64,000 nucleotides of DNA, from NCBI RefSeq assembly GCF_006345805.1, contig NC_043000.1:111166001-111230000 (forward strand), read 5' to 3'. The stretch's first letter is position 1. Each line of letters begins with the position of its first letter. The position numbers and the translations under genes were made by a program. The notes under the pieces were generated by a model. It made no database searches and was not told where the DNA came from. It was given only the letters and a program-made list of their open reading frames with translations. Positions 1 through 12,371 of this stretch are shown here, piece by piece. This stretch comes from Octopus sinensis (taxonomy: Eukaryota).

Positions 1-113
1 GACCCCGAAAGGATGAAAGGCAAAGTCGACCACGGCGGAATTTGAACTCACAACGTAACGCAGACAAAATACCGCTAAGCATTTCGCCCGGCGTGCTAAC
101 GTTTCTGCCAGCT
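1..113 (-). mobile_element. tRNA-derived SINE family A, partial (cut by window edge)
   Basis: Reverse complement reads AGCTGGCAGAAACGTTAGCACG...GAGTTCAAATTCCGCC...CTTTCATCCTTTCGGGGTC (A-box-like and B-box). The same sequence recurs more than 10 times in the window. Confidence 0.85.
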
Positions 114-656
114 GTTCGATTTAATTTGTTGAGGAATGCTAACAGAACTTTGTTATTTTGACTGTTATTTACAATAACCAAAACATCCTCGTTACTATTC
201 TGAAGACTTCAAAATTCCGCCGTTTTTGGTAAAGAAATAACTATTTAGTTCGTTTGGAAAACTTTGATTATATTTGTATGTTTATATACAGCACACCCCA
301 CTTTCTATGCTTATATATAATACACCCTTAGTTCTATGTTTATATACAGCAAACCTCTCTTTCTGTGTCTATATACAGTATACTTTCTGTTTATATACAG
401 CACACCGCTCTTTCTCTGTTTATATACAGCATATCCTGACTATGTGTTTAGATTTGGAATAGTTACAACTGTATTCAGGTTAGTGTTGTAGCAGCTTGAA
501 TTAAAGAACTTTGTGGTGAAGGAGGAATTTTGGGACAGTTGTCCTTCGAAGTCCCATGCCTCCTTTTGGAAAAGAAAAGGGTATGAAAGTCTGAGTGTCA
601 GCATGCAAAATGTGTGCAAAACATTTTAGTAAATTTAGGGGAAAGAATTCGTTGAA

Positions 657-995
657 GCAGGCCCGGCTGTGTGGTTAGAAGCTAGCTTTGCGACCATATG
701 GTTTTGGGTTTAGTCCCGCTGTGTGGCACTTTGGGCCGACCAAAGACTTGTGAATGGATTTCGTAGATGGAAACTGTATCGAAACCCGATAAGATGTGTG
801 TGTATTTGTCTTCCTACCCACCATCCCACCTCACTGCTTGACAATTGGTTTTAGTTTGTTTACATCTCTGTAACTTAGCAGTTCGGCAAATGAGACCAAT
901 ACAATAAATATCAGACTGGGGTCGATTTGTTTGTCTAAGCCCTTCAAGATGGTGCCCCAGCATGGCCGTAGACCAATGACTGAAACAAGTAAAAA
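657..995 (+). mobile_element. tRNA-derived SINE family B, degenerate
   Basis: Head GGCTGTGTGGTTAGAAG...GGGTTTAGTCCC, body, and tail CAGCATGGCC...TGACTGAAACAAGTAAAA match copies at 14325, 26980 and 39870. Confidence 0.8.
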
Positions 996-1974
996 TTGCT
1001 TAAAAAAAAATTTGATAAGCATATTTTCCGTTTGATGTAAAACTGAAATACTAAAAAAGCAACGAAGGTTTTTTCCTTTCTTGTGTGGAATAGGTCTTCG
1101 AAGGTCTGCTAGTCCCAAAAAACTCCATCAGAATGGCGAAGGGACGTGCTGCGCTACATGATGCCCCTGAACTTTAAGGCTCTTTCGCAACAAAATTAAA
1201 ACTACGCGCTATTTTGGCGGTGACGTTATCTCTCGTATGTGGGCGTTCCTAACTAGTATTTGCAGGGTGCATTGTTCGACGCACAGTCATATATAATAAT
1301 ATCTAAACCAGGAGATTGTGAGAGTATCACCATTTACTTCACAAATTTTCAAACCTAATGAGAGAGGAATAAGTTAAGGGACCCTGTAGAGGTGGTCACC
1401 CCGCTAGAAATAGCAGCCAAATAGCATTCAACTCTTATTCTTAATGCTTAAGATAAAGATATATTACATGATATTGTCCCAATATTACCCAGATAAAAAA
1501 ACACAAGATGGTCACGGCTGGAATGTGCTTGGATCGAGCTAACCTGTGGCTAAACAGCTACAAAACCACAACAAAGACAACAGCGACGTCGAACGTACGA
1601 ACCAACTTAGTTTTCCTCTGTATAAATATTTATCAATTTCCCCCCTAAAAAAAACCGAATCCTAAGCCCTACCCCCACGCCCCAGCACCTTAAAAAAACA
1701 TTGAAGCACATTTTATAAGAAAAAATATTTGAAATATTTCTCTAAATAACTCTAGAAAACGGAACGTCGGGCAACAGGTGGGAGGGGGTAGCTCTGTTAT
1801 CGGCCTGCGAGAAATAGCAGCCAAATCCCACTCGAATCACTATCAGCTGTTGGAAATAAATAAAAACAATATGATGTCATGAACAAAGGAGTCCTTGATA
1901 GAGGTCATTCGGTCTGCTAGAAGCAGCAGTCAAACCTCAGGCTTATTGCTATACGTGTATAGGTATGTATGTTC

Positions 1975-1992
1975 ATAGATAGATAGATGGAT

Positions 1993-2085
<93 letters not shown>

Positions 2086-2102
2086 GGATAATAGATAGAT
2101 GG

Positions 2103-2162
<60 letters not shown>

Positions 2163-2163
2163 T

Positions 2164-2249
<86 letters not shown>

Positions 2250-2325
2250 GGATATATAGATAGATGGATATATAGATAGATGGATATATAGATAGATGGA
2301 CAGACAGACAGACAGACAGACAGAC

Positions 2326-2409
<84 letters not shown>

Positions 2410-2410
2410 G
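1975..2410. repeat. Compound (TAGA)n/(TA)n/(CAGA)n microsatellite
   Basis: Directly visible; explains ORFs 1917..2501 and 2104..2625. Confidence 0.97.
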
Positions 2411-3289
2411 TACGTATGAACGTTAATGGGTGGGCGGGTGTGTATGTGTGTGTATATATATACGTATATATTTGTCTGTATGCGTATACATACATATACA
2501 AACTTTATATAAACACACATGCGTATACAGGATTGTTCGGGCGTGTATATAAAAGGGATGGTCTCGGCTGGAATGTTTTCGATCAGCATTAACTCAAGGC
2601 TAAAAAGCAAGCACGAGATAATCATAAGACCAGAATATTATACCAAATATTACACCAAGGAAGCATAAACAACAACAAAACAACAACAGTTATATATCAA
2701 CTTACTTTCGAATCAGTCCGATAATGCGTATACATTCATATATATATATGTATAATTGTGCGTATATAGTTGTGTATTAGATAAAGCAGGGGTTTGTTAC
2801 GGCATGGTTTTGATGGAGATTGTCAAACTTGTCGACTTTGCTTCATACAGAACTTCCAGTTGTGAATAAAAATCGATTCTGGACTGTGGTAAACAATAGC
2901 TTGAAGTTGATGGGAGATGAACCATCGCTGGGAGTGGAGCTGGCAGTGCGGAGAAGTGAGCTCACCTCGATAGTTTTCTCATAGGGGGAAATTTTAGAGT
3001 TGTAATAAACATTTGTATAATGAGGTCAGTGATTCATATGATGGTGGTGGTGGTGGTGGTGGTGGTGGTGGCGGCGGCGGTGCTGATAGTGTTACTGGGT
3101 AACAGCGGATAGCCGCTGCTTGCCTGCCTCTCTGCCGCAATGTTAGAGCACTCTTCCTTCCCCTCCTCCTCTCTATCTCTATATCTCTGTGTCTCTCTTT
3201 TTTGTATCTATCTGTCTGTCTGTTGGTCGGTCGGTCGGGCTTTTCTGCTTGTCTTTTCTGTCTGCTTTGTATATATGTATCTATCTATG

Positions 3290-3365
3290 TATCAGTCTAT
3301 CTGTCTGTCTATGTATGTATGTATGTATGTATGTATGTATGTATGTATGTACGTACGTATATCTA

Positions 3366-3440
<75 letters not shown>

Positions 3441-3500
3441 TTATCCATCTATCTATCTGAGTATATGTATTTATGTCTATCTATCTATCTGTGTCTGTCA
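3290..3500. repeat. (TATG)n/(TCTA)n microsatellite
   Basis: Directly visible. Confidence 0.95.
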
Positions 3501-3529
3501 GTCTATCATTCTGTGTTTATCTTTTATTG

Positions 3530-3715
3530 TTTTTTACTTGTTTCTGTGATTGGACTGTGGCCATGCTGGGGCATCGTCTTGAAGAGTTTTATTTAAACAA
3601 ATCGACCTCCAGGACTTACATTTTTAAAGCCTGGTACTCCTCTATCAGTCTCTTAAGCTGAATCACTGAGTTACGGGGACGTGAACAAACTAACACGGGT
3701 TGTACAGCGGAGGGG
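3530..3715 (-). mobile_element. SINE family B, 3' half
   Basis: TTTTACTTGTTTC...GGCCATGCTGG...GTTACGGGGACGT is the reverse complement of the family B tail. Confidence 0.75.
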
Positions 3716-3811
3716 GAGATGAAGGCAAACTCCAGACACACACACACACACACACATCTATCTATCTAGCTAGCTAGGTAGCTATCTGCCTATATATATA
3801 TATATATATAT

Positions 3812-3990
3812 GAGAATTCACAAAAAAAACAAAAGACGAAGACAGGTGGTGTAGACAACAAATTGATGTATTAGTATAACGCTCAGGAAGTGAAAAGTCT
3901 TTAACGTTTCGAGCCTACGCTCTTCTACAGAAAGGAACACAGAAAGAAACAAGGAGAGAAAATAAAGAATGTCTAGTGGCTAGCGATCTA
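3812..3990 (-). mobile_element. About 200-bp hammerhead-like repeat, family H1 (other copies 5995-6165 +, 30342-30552 +, 50455-50567 -)
   Basis: Shared block CTTTCTGTAGAAGAGCGTAGGCTCGAAACGT(T/A)AAAGAC...GAGCGTTATACTAATACATC...ACACCACCTGTCTTCG in four copies of varying completeness. Confidence 0.75.
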
Positions 3991-4106
3991 CCATGGCGAA
4001 TGCCGGACAGAAGGGTCACACAGGAGAGCTAGGGAAAAGGGGATATATATGTGTGTGTGTGTGTGTGTGTGTACGCTTTATTAAAAGGCAGCAAAAATAT
4101 CTCTAA

Positions 4107-4148
4107 AATTGTTACTCAGAGTTTCACGTTCCCGTTCGTCGGACAGTT
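4107..4148 (-). ncRNA. Minimal type-I hammerhead ribozyme motif
   Basis: Minus strand: AACTGT-CCGACGA-ACG(GGAA)CGT-GAAA-CTC(T)GAG-TA-ACAATT = stem I, CYGANGA core, stem II, GAAA, stem III, GUA site. Confidence 0.6.
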
Positions 4149-4585
4149 GAATTAGGTACTTAAGTTAAAGCACCAAGTCAGTCCGGTATTATCTGGCATC
4201 ATTTCATTTTCTCTTCTTGTTTTCATTTTCTCTTCCTCTTTCTTTCCTTTTTTTCTCACCTTTTCCTTTTCACCTCTCTCCTCATTTTAACATACACATC
4301 TCTTCTCCCTCCTCTATCCACTTAATACTACCACTACATTCCTAATATCCCAGAAAGAGCTGTAAGACTAACTTTCTCTTTATAAATGTCCTGAAAATTC
4401 CACACAGCCTTGGTTTTGTCGTCTCATTCTATTTAACATCTATATACATACATACATACATACATACATACATACATACATACATACATACATACATACC
4501 AACAATTGAGGGTAAAATTAATTAATTAATCAATTTCACCAAGTGTTCAGTAAAAGGACCATTTAAGGCGAATTCAAAATATTAC

Positions 4586-5025
4586 ATTATATAATTAGGG
4601 CTTAGTAAAATAAATTACTTTGCCACATACTGAACTTAGTAGAAATAGCAGCCAAAAAAATTTTTTCTTAGCATTCTACTACTTAAAGAAAATTTCTCTC
4701 AGATAATGTTTACTCCAGACAGCTCACGAAGGTTTGGGGGTAAATACAGAAAAATATCACAAGTACGTAGATCGTTTGAGTACGTCAACGTTTCAAGATT
4801 AGCCAAATAAAATCAGCATTTCTTTCGTCAGCTCAAAATTTCTTAATTTGGATTTGGAAACACTAAAAAGCAGGAACTTTACCTATCATCGAACTTGTCG
4901 CTTCAGATGAACCACTCCAACTAACAGTGTCGTAGAATGCTAAGAAAAAATTTTTTTGGCTGCTATTTCTACTAAGTTCAGTATGTGGCAAAGTAATTTA
5001 TTTTACTAAGCCCTAATTATATAAT
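4586..5025. repeat. Perfect 94-bp inverted repeat (4586-4679 / 4932-5025) with 252-bp spacer; foldback/MITE-like
   Basis: Arms are exact reverse complements as read, including the A7T6 run. Confidence 0.9.
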
Positions 5026-5994
5026 ATATATATATATATATATATAGCAAAGTCATTTTATTCCACAGGGGTAGAAATAGAAAAAATAGAAGTTGAAAAT
5101 GCAATGAAAATAGTTAAAATATTTTTTATTAAAACATTTAAAGCTTTAACTGGTTTCACAGTTTACACTGATTTTCAAAAAGTTCAGTAGAAAGACAGGT
5201 TTTTTTCTCGTAGCTGACTTGCTTCTGACTAGTGTTTGAAGTTTGCCCTATTTTTGTAGGGAGTTCATGACTCAGATTAATATATGTTTTGAATAGGATA
5301 TGATCAGTAGCGCATAGTCACATGAGTGGTTAAAATTGTTTTGCACGTCCTCCGCTACGTCCGTGTGTTAGTATCTAGTAACAATGTTTGGTGTCGTGAG
5401 CTAAGTTTGACACGGTTGACTGAACATGTCCAAACAAACAATGGTCCGAATATTTCCTTTCAAGTGTTTGTAGAGAACGAAGTCTGTGCGTTAGTGTCAA
5501 GTGACAGTATATTTTGCGCCTAAAATGAAGGCCGACACGGTTGAGTGAAAATATTTATTTACAGTCAAGTCACTCTAAATTTAATCGGCCAGGTGAGAGA
5601 GTGGACAGGTGTCGTTTGTATGTGGTCCAGTGGTTAATGTTTAGGTTGATAGCTGTGTAGGTTCCTCACCGTAAGTGACAGAATGAGTTTTGAGTTTGAA
5701 TAGTTGTGTCTGGTTTGTTAACGTTTGGTAAGTCTTGGTTTCTACTTTTGTATCAAAGTATTTTCTTTGTTTATCGGTGTTTCATCTGTGCTATTCGCTG
5801 AACAAATTCCAGGTCTTCCCACTCTACCAATGTTCAGTGAATAAACAAAGAAAGAAAATCTTTAAATATAACAATAGAAAATATTTTAACTATTCTAATT
5901 GCATTCTCATCTTCTATTTTTCCTGTCAATCGCCATATTGGACCGCTGAACTCTACACAGTTATTCTCTCTCCGAGTTTTTTCACCCCATTCTC

Positions 5995-6165
5995 TCTCTC
6001 TCTCTCTTTCTCCCCCCTCTCTCTTTGTTTCCTTTTATTCCTTTCAGTCGTAGAGTGTAGGCTCGAAGCGTAAAAGACTTTTCCATTTTTCCAGAGCGTC
6101 AAACTAATTCACTTGCTTATTGTTCCTACACCTGTCTTCATCCTTTTTTTTTGCAAATTTGAACT
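5995..6165 (+). mobile_element. Family H1 repeat, degenerate copy
   Basis: GTAGGCTCGAAGCGTAAAAGAC...GAGCGTCAAACTAAT...ACACCTGTCTTC matches 3812-3990. Confidence 0.65.
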
Positions 6166-6200
6166 ATATATACATATATATAGATATAATATATATATAT

Positions 6201-6262
<62 letters not shown>

Positions 6263-6455
6263 AGTAGGTGAATGAATTATCCTAGTATTGATACTTCGGT
6301 TAACCGATACCTGGGTAGCAAATTCACGTCAGAAAATACGGTTGAAGCTACATGCCAAAGGTAGAAACTCCGTGTTCTTGTGCGGTAATTTGTTGTGTAA
6401 TATTAAATGAATAAAAGAATGGAGTCGAACGAGGATTTTAACACAATTCCTTTAA

Positions 6456-6531
6456 TTTCAACACATGTTTCGAAGAGTATATTTCTTAATTCTGAAGAAT
6501 AAGTGCATTATGCCGTCTTCTCATCAGGAAA
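6456..6531 (-). ncRNA. Type-I hammerhead ribozyme motif with canonical core
   Basis: Minus strand: TTTC-CTGATGA-GAAGA...TCTTC-GAAA-CATGTG-TT-GAAA: 4-bp stem I, 5-bp stem II, self-complementary stem III (ACATGTGT with G.U), GUU site. Confidence 0.65.
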
Positions 6532-6734
6532 GTCAAGGAAAATCAATCAGCCTCCAGACGGACAAAAAAATTTTCTATGGCTTGCTACATATTGACCACA
6601 GTGATAATGACTGATTTTCATATTTTCATAAATTCCTCTTCCAAACATATTTGATGTCATTGCTTTTAACGGATTTTTAAAATCACTCATTACCACTGTG
6701 GTCAAAATAGTGGTTTTGTCTCTAATAATATTAT

Positions 6735-7132
6735 ATTATATGTTATATATATATATGATGTATGATATGTATATCTATATGTATATATATATATATATAT
6801 GTATATATAGGATATTATAGATATGTATATATATTATATGTATATTATTATATGTATATATATGTATGTATATATATGTATATGTATATATGTATATATA
6901 TATGTATATATATATGTATATATATATGTATATATATATGTATGTATGTAGATATATATATATATGTATATATGTATATATATATGTATATATGTATATA
7001 ATATATATGTATATATATATATGTATTATATATATGTACCTATATATATGTGTATATATATATGTATATATATATATGTAATATATATATGTATATATAT
7101 GTATATAATTATATTATGTATATATATATATG

Positions 7133-7163
<31 letters not shown>

Positions 7164-7700
7164 GTATATATATGTATATGTATATATATATGTATATATA
7201 TTATATGTGTAATATATATATATATATGTGTAATATATATATATATATATTATATATATAATATATATGTATAATTTAATATGAGGATTATATCGATATT
7301 TAAGTGTCGAAATTATCAAGTGGCCAGCATGAAAGAATACCTTACAAAGGTAAGAAAATTTTTAACAATTAAAAATGAGGGTGTCTAAAAGACACCACAT
7401 GCCGAAATAGCAGACGAAACTCTGACTATAAAACCACGTTAAATGTTCATATCGNNNNNNNNNNNNNNNNNNNNNNNNNNNNNNNNNNNNNNNNNNNNNN
7501 NNNNNNNNNNNNNNNNNNNNNNNNNNNNNNNNNNNNNNNNNNNNNNNNNNNNNNGTATATATATATGTATGTATATATGTATGTATATATGTATGTATAT
7601 ATATATGTATGTATGTATATATATATGTATGTATATATATATATGTATGTATATATTTATGTATGTATATATATATACATATATATATATACATGCATAT
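6735..7700. repeat. Long degenerate (TA)n/(TATG)n arrays either side of the gap
   Basis: Directly visible; a short non-repetitive stretch at about 7270-7454 interrupts them. Confidence 0.9.
7455..7554. other. Assembly gap (100 N)
   Basis: Run of exactly 100 N, typical of a placeholder of unknown size. Confidence 0.99.
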
Positions 7701-8279
7701 AAATAAGAGAGATGCATGCATGGACTTTGAAAGTTTTACGAGCTGTTTTGAAATGATTTTCTTGTACTTTGGAACCTGCAATCTTTGAGTGATTTGATTG
7801 TAGTAAAGTATTTTGTGTGTGATCTGATATTTCGGAATACATAATAATGCAGGTTGACATCATTTAGTCGTGATAATCTTTTTTTTTTTCAATACATATA
7901 TTTTGAAACGATTTCACTGTAAAAAAATATATTTTGAGATTAATTCACTGGAATATAAAAAGTAAAATGATTTGTGTGGAATATTTTTAACAAGTGACAG
8001 TGATTTCGAAGTTTTGGTCTTTGGAAGTCCCACTAATTTTAATATAAAAGTGTAGTAAATAGGCTCTTTATAAAAGTAGCGAGAGATCCTTCAGTTAAAT
8101 TGTTAAATTGCTTTCATCATAGCTCAACTTAAAAACAAAGAAGCATTTGTTATTAATGTGTGTGTGTGTGTACGTGTGCGTGTGGGAATGTGTGTGTATG
8201 TATGTATGTTTACATACATACATATATACATACATAGATACATGCATATATACATACATACATACACACATACTCACAC

Positions 8280-8326
<47 letters not shown>

Positions 8327-8364
8327 ATATGTATGTATATATATATATATATATACTTTCTTTT

Positions 8365-8560
8365 ATTCTTTTACTTGTTTCTGTCATTTGACTGCGACCA
8401 TACCGGAGCAACACCTTTAGTCGAACAAATTAACTCCCAGGACTAATTCTTTGTAAGCCTATTACTTATTCTATCGGTCCTCTTTTGCCGGACCACTAAG
8501 TTACGGGGACGTAAACACACTATCATCTGTTGTCAAGCGATTGAGGTGCGGACAAACACA
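8365..8560 (-). mobile_element. SINE family B, 3' half
   Basis: Reverse complement of the family B tail. Confidence 0.8.
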
Positions 8561-8580
8561 CACACACACACACACACACA

Positions 8581-8796
8581 CGAAGGTGTACTGAAAAGTT
8601 CCTGGCTTTAAGGGTATCGCGAAAGGCTTGGTTGTAGGCTCAACCTTCAGAGTTCTTTTACAAGGCTTAGAAAAACTGAAGGACCGATGCAATAATTGTG
8701 TGAATCTGAGAGGGGAAAAGTTGGATAAAATCTTAATTAACTGATCCTCCTGTATTTTCTTTTACCCAAAGCCAGGAACTTTACAGCACCCCTTCG
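8581..8796 (+). mobile_element. Mariner-derived MITE
   Basis: About 28-bp TIRs (CGAAGGTGTACTGAAAAGTTCCTGGCTTT / AAAGCCAGGAACTTTACAGCACCCCTTCG) followed by TA. Interior reads like a mariner transposase C-terminus (QGLEKLKDRCNNCVNLRGE). Second copy at 22588-22803. Confidence 0.85.
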
Positions 8797-9205
8797 TATA
8801 AACGGATATAAAAAAGAAAACGGAAACTATAGGTGGTCCACCAAAGCTCTCTGTCCACTCATCTGATGACGTGCGAGGTGCACAGCTGTTGCTGGATCAT
8901 ATTCATATGATTTTTATATGATGGTCTCTCCCGTCGGTTTCGACATATGAGGCTCCGACAACGTACTCTTTCTTCGTCAGTCATAATGCTTGTGTCGAAT
9001 GTGACATTCAAGCTCCGCCAACGATTTGTAAAGAAGGCCACAGATGTTGCAAGTATGAAGATATTTATATAATATGTATAATATGTGAAACAACAACTAA
9101 CGGCTGTTAGTAATGCACAGAAACAATTGTTATTTGTGATTCAAACCTGTTCATTCCATCTTTTATAGTATATCATAAATATATGTATATATATTATAAT
9201 TATAT

Positions 9206-9304
<99 letters not shown>

Positions 9305-9671
9305 TATATATATATACATATGTATATATATATATATGCTAAATTATCAGTATATTACTCAGATTCCGCCATCTGAAATAAAATGCGAACCCAAGAAATG
9401 AAAAAGATGTGCGGGATACAGCAATTTAGGAATTGCCAATTTTCTAAAGTTCAGAGAGAACTGAAAGCCTCTGGTGAAAATGTTTCCACAGTATCGAAGA
9501 AAACGAAACTTTTTAAAAGTCCGGACATTTTAAGGACATTTCATTTCGTGGAACAGATCCAAAACAATCTCTGCAATTCAATAAGTGCCATCGCCAAAAC
9601 GCATCAAGTGGCTGGGTGAAGCAATCAAGTGGCTGTGCAATTCCAGGAATGTGTTTAATATATGTTTCCTT

Positions 9672-9908
9672 CTCAAGCCATGCCAGGCTCATAAGGGCCG
9701 GTTTCCCGGTTTCAGTGGCGTATAAATTCCCCACTGGACATGACGCTGCTTCATCACAGGATGACTCATTTTGGCCAGCTGTGTGGACTGGAGCAACGTG
9801 AAATGAAATTTTGCTCTGGAACACAACACATCGCCTGGTCCAGGAATCGAAACCACAATCTTACGACTATGAATCCAGCACCCTTAACCCCTAAGCCACG
9901 CGCCTCCA
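9672..9908 (-). mobile_element. tRNA-derived SINE family C
   Basis: Reverse complement starts GGAGGCGCGTGGCTTAG...GGTTTCGATTCCTGGACCAGG, with central TTTCATTTCACGTTGCTCCAGTCCAC. Copies at 12372 and 19985. Confidence 0.85.
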
Positions 9909-10269
9909 CATGTTTAATATATAAAACTGGTCAATCCAATAACGTTACACCGCTATGTTTAGTGGTTGTTTAAGTAATGTGTTTGTGGCTGATTAAGGGG
10001 TTGGATGATGGGTGCTAATGAAGGAGCAAAAACTCCCGAAGTATGGCATATACACCCATTAACCATTTCATTGCTTGTTTACATTTGACTTCTCGGATAC
10101 GAAACATCCTAACAAAATCAATTCTGGCCGTAATTCCGCTAGAAAATCTGTAGAGATGACCTTAACACGTGATTTAAGTGCACTGCAAACACAGAAACAC
10201 ACGGTGTTGACTTATAAAATAACGGTTAATATACTTTGTAGCAGATTATGGTTGCATAACGAAATACAG

Positions 10270-11330
10270 TGTGCCTACAAACCATTAATATAAGAACCGT
10301 GGTGCACGAGGACATTCGTTACAAGTCGTGTGTAGGGAGGAGAGGCCAATTCATGCCTGCAAAGACACGGAAAAACCGTTTGATCCGTGCCAAACGATTA
10401 CTTAAGTCCAGCAACGACATGGCGTGCTTTGTTTCCTCTCTGGTGATAACGGAAGAAAAAATCTTGTAACATGTTCAAAAGTCTAACAAGATGGTTATTT
10501 GCAGATCGTTCTGATGTCCTTAGTGTGATGCCCACTAAGTTTACAATTGTGATGATTTTAGAAGTGACCAATAACAAAGCTCATGTCATACCTCCTCATC
10601 ACGTCTTTCCATAGGGTCTGAGAATTAATGCTGCTGAATACTTCGAGGTGTTGGGACAGTTGTTGATGCTTGGATTGGTGAAGTCCGCTGTGGAAGGCCC
10701 TATGTGCTTCAACAAGACTCAGCACCTTCTCACAAAACCCAAGAATGGATCTCAGACTATCTTTACGATCATGTAACACCAGACTTATGGTCTCAAAACT
10801 CACCAGGTTCAAATCCCATGGACTAATATGTTTGAAGTGTTGTTAAAAGGGAGAGGAATCGAGATTCTCACAGTTCCATAGCTTCATAGCTGGTGTCCGA
10901 AATTAATAAAGGACCATTTAGTGCACGCACGACAGCGCATCCTCTTTCGCACTGATGCTGTCGTTGGAACTGAAGGCGGATTCATAGAATAACTATTTTC
11001 TTTACTGCCCACAAGGGGCTAAACACAGAGGGGACAAACAAGGACAGACAAACGGATTAAGTCGATTACATCGACCCCAGTGCGTAACTGGTACTTATTT
11101 AATCGACCCCGAAAGGATGAAAGGCAAAGTCGACCTCGGCGGAATTTGAACTCAGAACGTAGCGGCAGACGAAATACTGCTAAGCATTTCGCCCGGATTC
11201 ATAGAATAACCTTATAAGAAAGATTATCGAGAACATGAACAATTTTTTAAAATTAAAATGTATTCAATTTTTGTGAGAATAAAGTTATTTTATTAAATTA
11301 CCAAATATGCCTTCAAATACCTATCGCACC
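10270..11330 (+). mobile_element. Decayed Tc1/mariner transposase (DD37D/maT-like), interrupted by a SINE
   Basis: Fragments TVVHEDIRYKS...RGQF...RLIRAKRLL, RPYVLQQDSAPSHK, W.QNSPGSNPMD, VVGTEGGFIE*; many stops and frameshifts. Confidence 0.8.
10994..11196 (-). mobile_element. 5'-truncated SINE family A with target-site duplication
   Basis: Flanked by CGGATTCATAGAATAAC at 10977-10993 and 11194-11210. Confidence 0.9.
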
Positions 11331-12155
11331 CTCTCTGTGTGTGTGTGAGAGTGTCGGCTGTTACAATTTGCTAATGTGCTGCAGATTTTCAATGTCATCT
11401 ACACTCGTTTAACTTTTGTAATAATACCGAACAACCATAGTCAGCCTCTTACACAATTCTGGTTGTTGGCTACGTTCTAATTATTGTAATACTTTTAGTT
11501 ATAATTAATGCTTTCAATTTTATAGAAATTTCAACAAAAACAAAAATCAACGATAAATATGTGGTGTGCCATATGATGATTTTATGTAGGAGAGGAAGTT
11601 TCAATGAGTTTTTTTTTCGAGCAGACGAGACACGCCGCCATCTTGTGCTCCTGAACCAAACTAATGGTAGCTAAAACTTGTTTGTTATTGTTAAATTGTT
11701 TTGCATTTTTTGTTTCAGGATTTACATTGACTTTTCTGGTAGTTGTTACATTAAACCGGAAGTGACCCTAATTAAATCGCGGGTACGTAACATATGGTTG
11801 GAAATCTAGGACAAAATTGCATAAAATATGTAGCCTTACGGACGAATAACATAGCTTATCTAATGATATGCAATTTACAGACATATGTACGCGGGTATAT
11901 ATTTGTTTATGGATGTTAGAGAAATAAGCTGTGTAGGTATGTGACATATTTGTTTTTGTTATTCTCTAAACCAATGTCCCTACTTGTGGTTGATGGGGGT
12001 GCAGTGACGACTGAAAAGAGGAAGGGTAAATTGCTATATTTAATAACATTCGAATGGATTTAAACTTTATAAACTTGTCCACCGCCATAGCGAATAAGGA
12101 TGATTTATACGGATGCTGCCTTTATTTTGTTTTCATATTAATAAAGAATCGTAAG

Positions 12156-12368
12156 GCGGAGGCGAACTGGCAAAATCGTTAGCACGTTGAGCGAAATACT
12201 TAGCGGCATTCCATCTGTCTCTACGTACAGAGTTCAAATCCCGCCGAGGTCAGCTCCGCCTTTCATCCCCTCGGGGTCGATCAAATAAGTACCAGTTGGA
12301 CACTAGGCCCTATGCAATCGACTTTGCTCCTCCCCCGAAATTGCTGGTCTTCTGCCAAAATTTGAAGC
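12156..12368 (+). mobile_element. SINE family A
   Basis: GGCGAACTGGCAAAATCGTTAGC...GAGTTCAAATCCCGCCGAGG... Confidence 0.8.
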
Positions 12369-12371
12369 CGC

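Noticed and set aside
2960-3140. PPPPSYESL-like reading and GAG|GTGAGC donor on the minus strand
   Set aside because: Derived from a (GGT)n repeat, and the frame closes before the donor.
8855-8975. CTGATGA (+) and CTGACGA...GAAAC (-) as hammerheads
   Set aside because: No GAAA after stem II on the plus strand; no convincing stems I and II on the minus strand.
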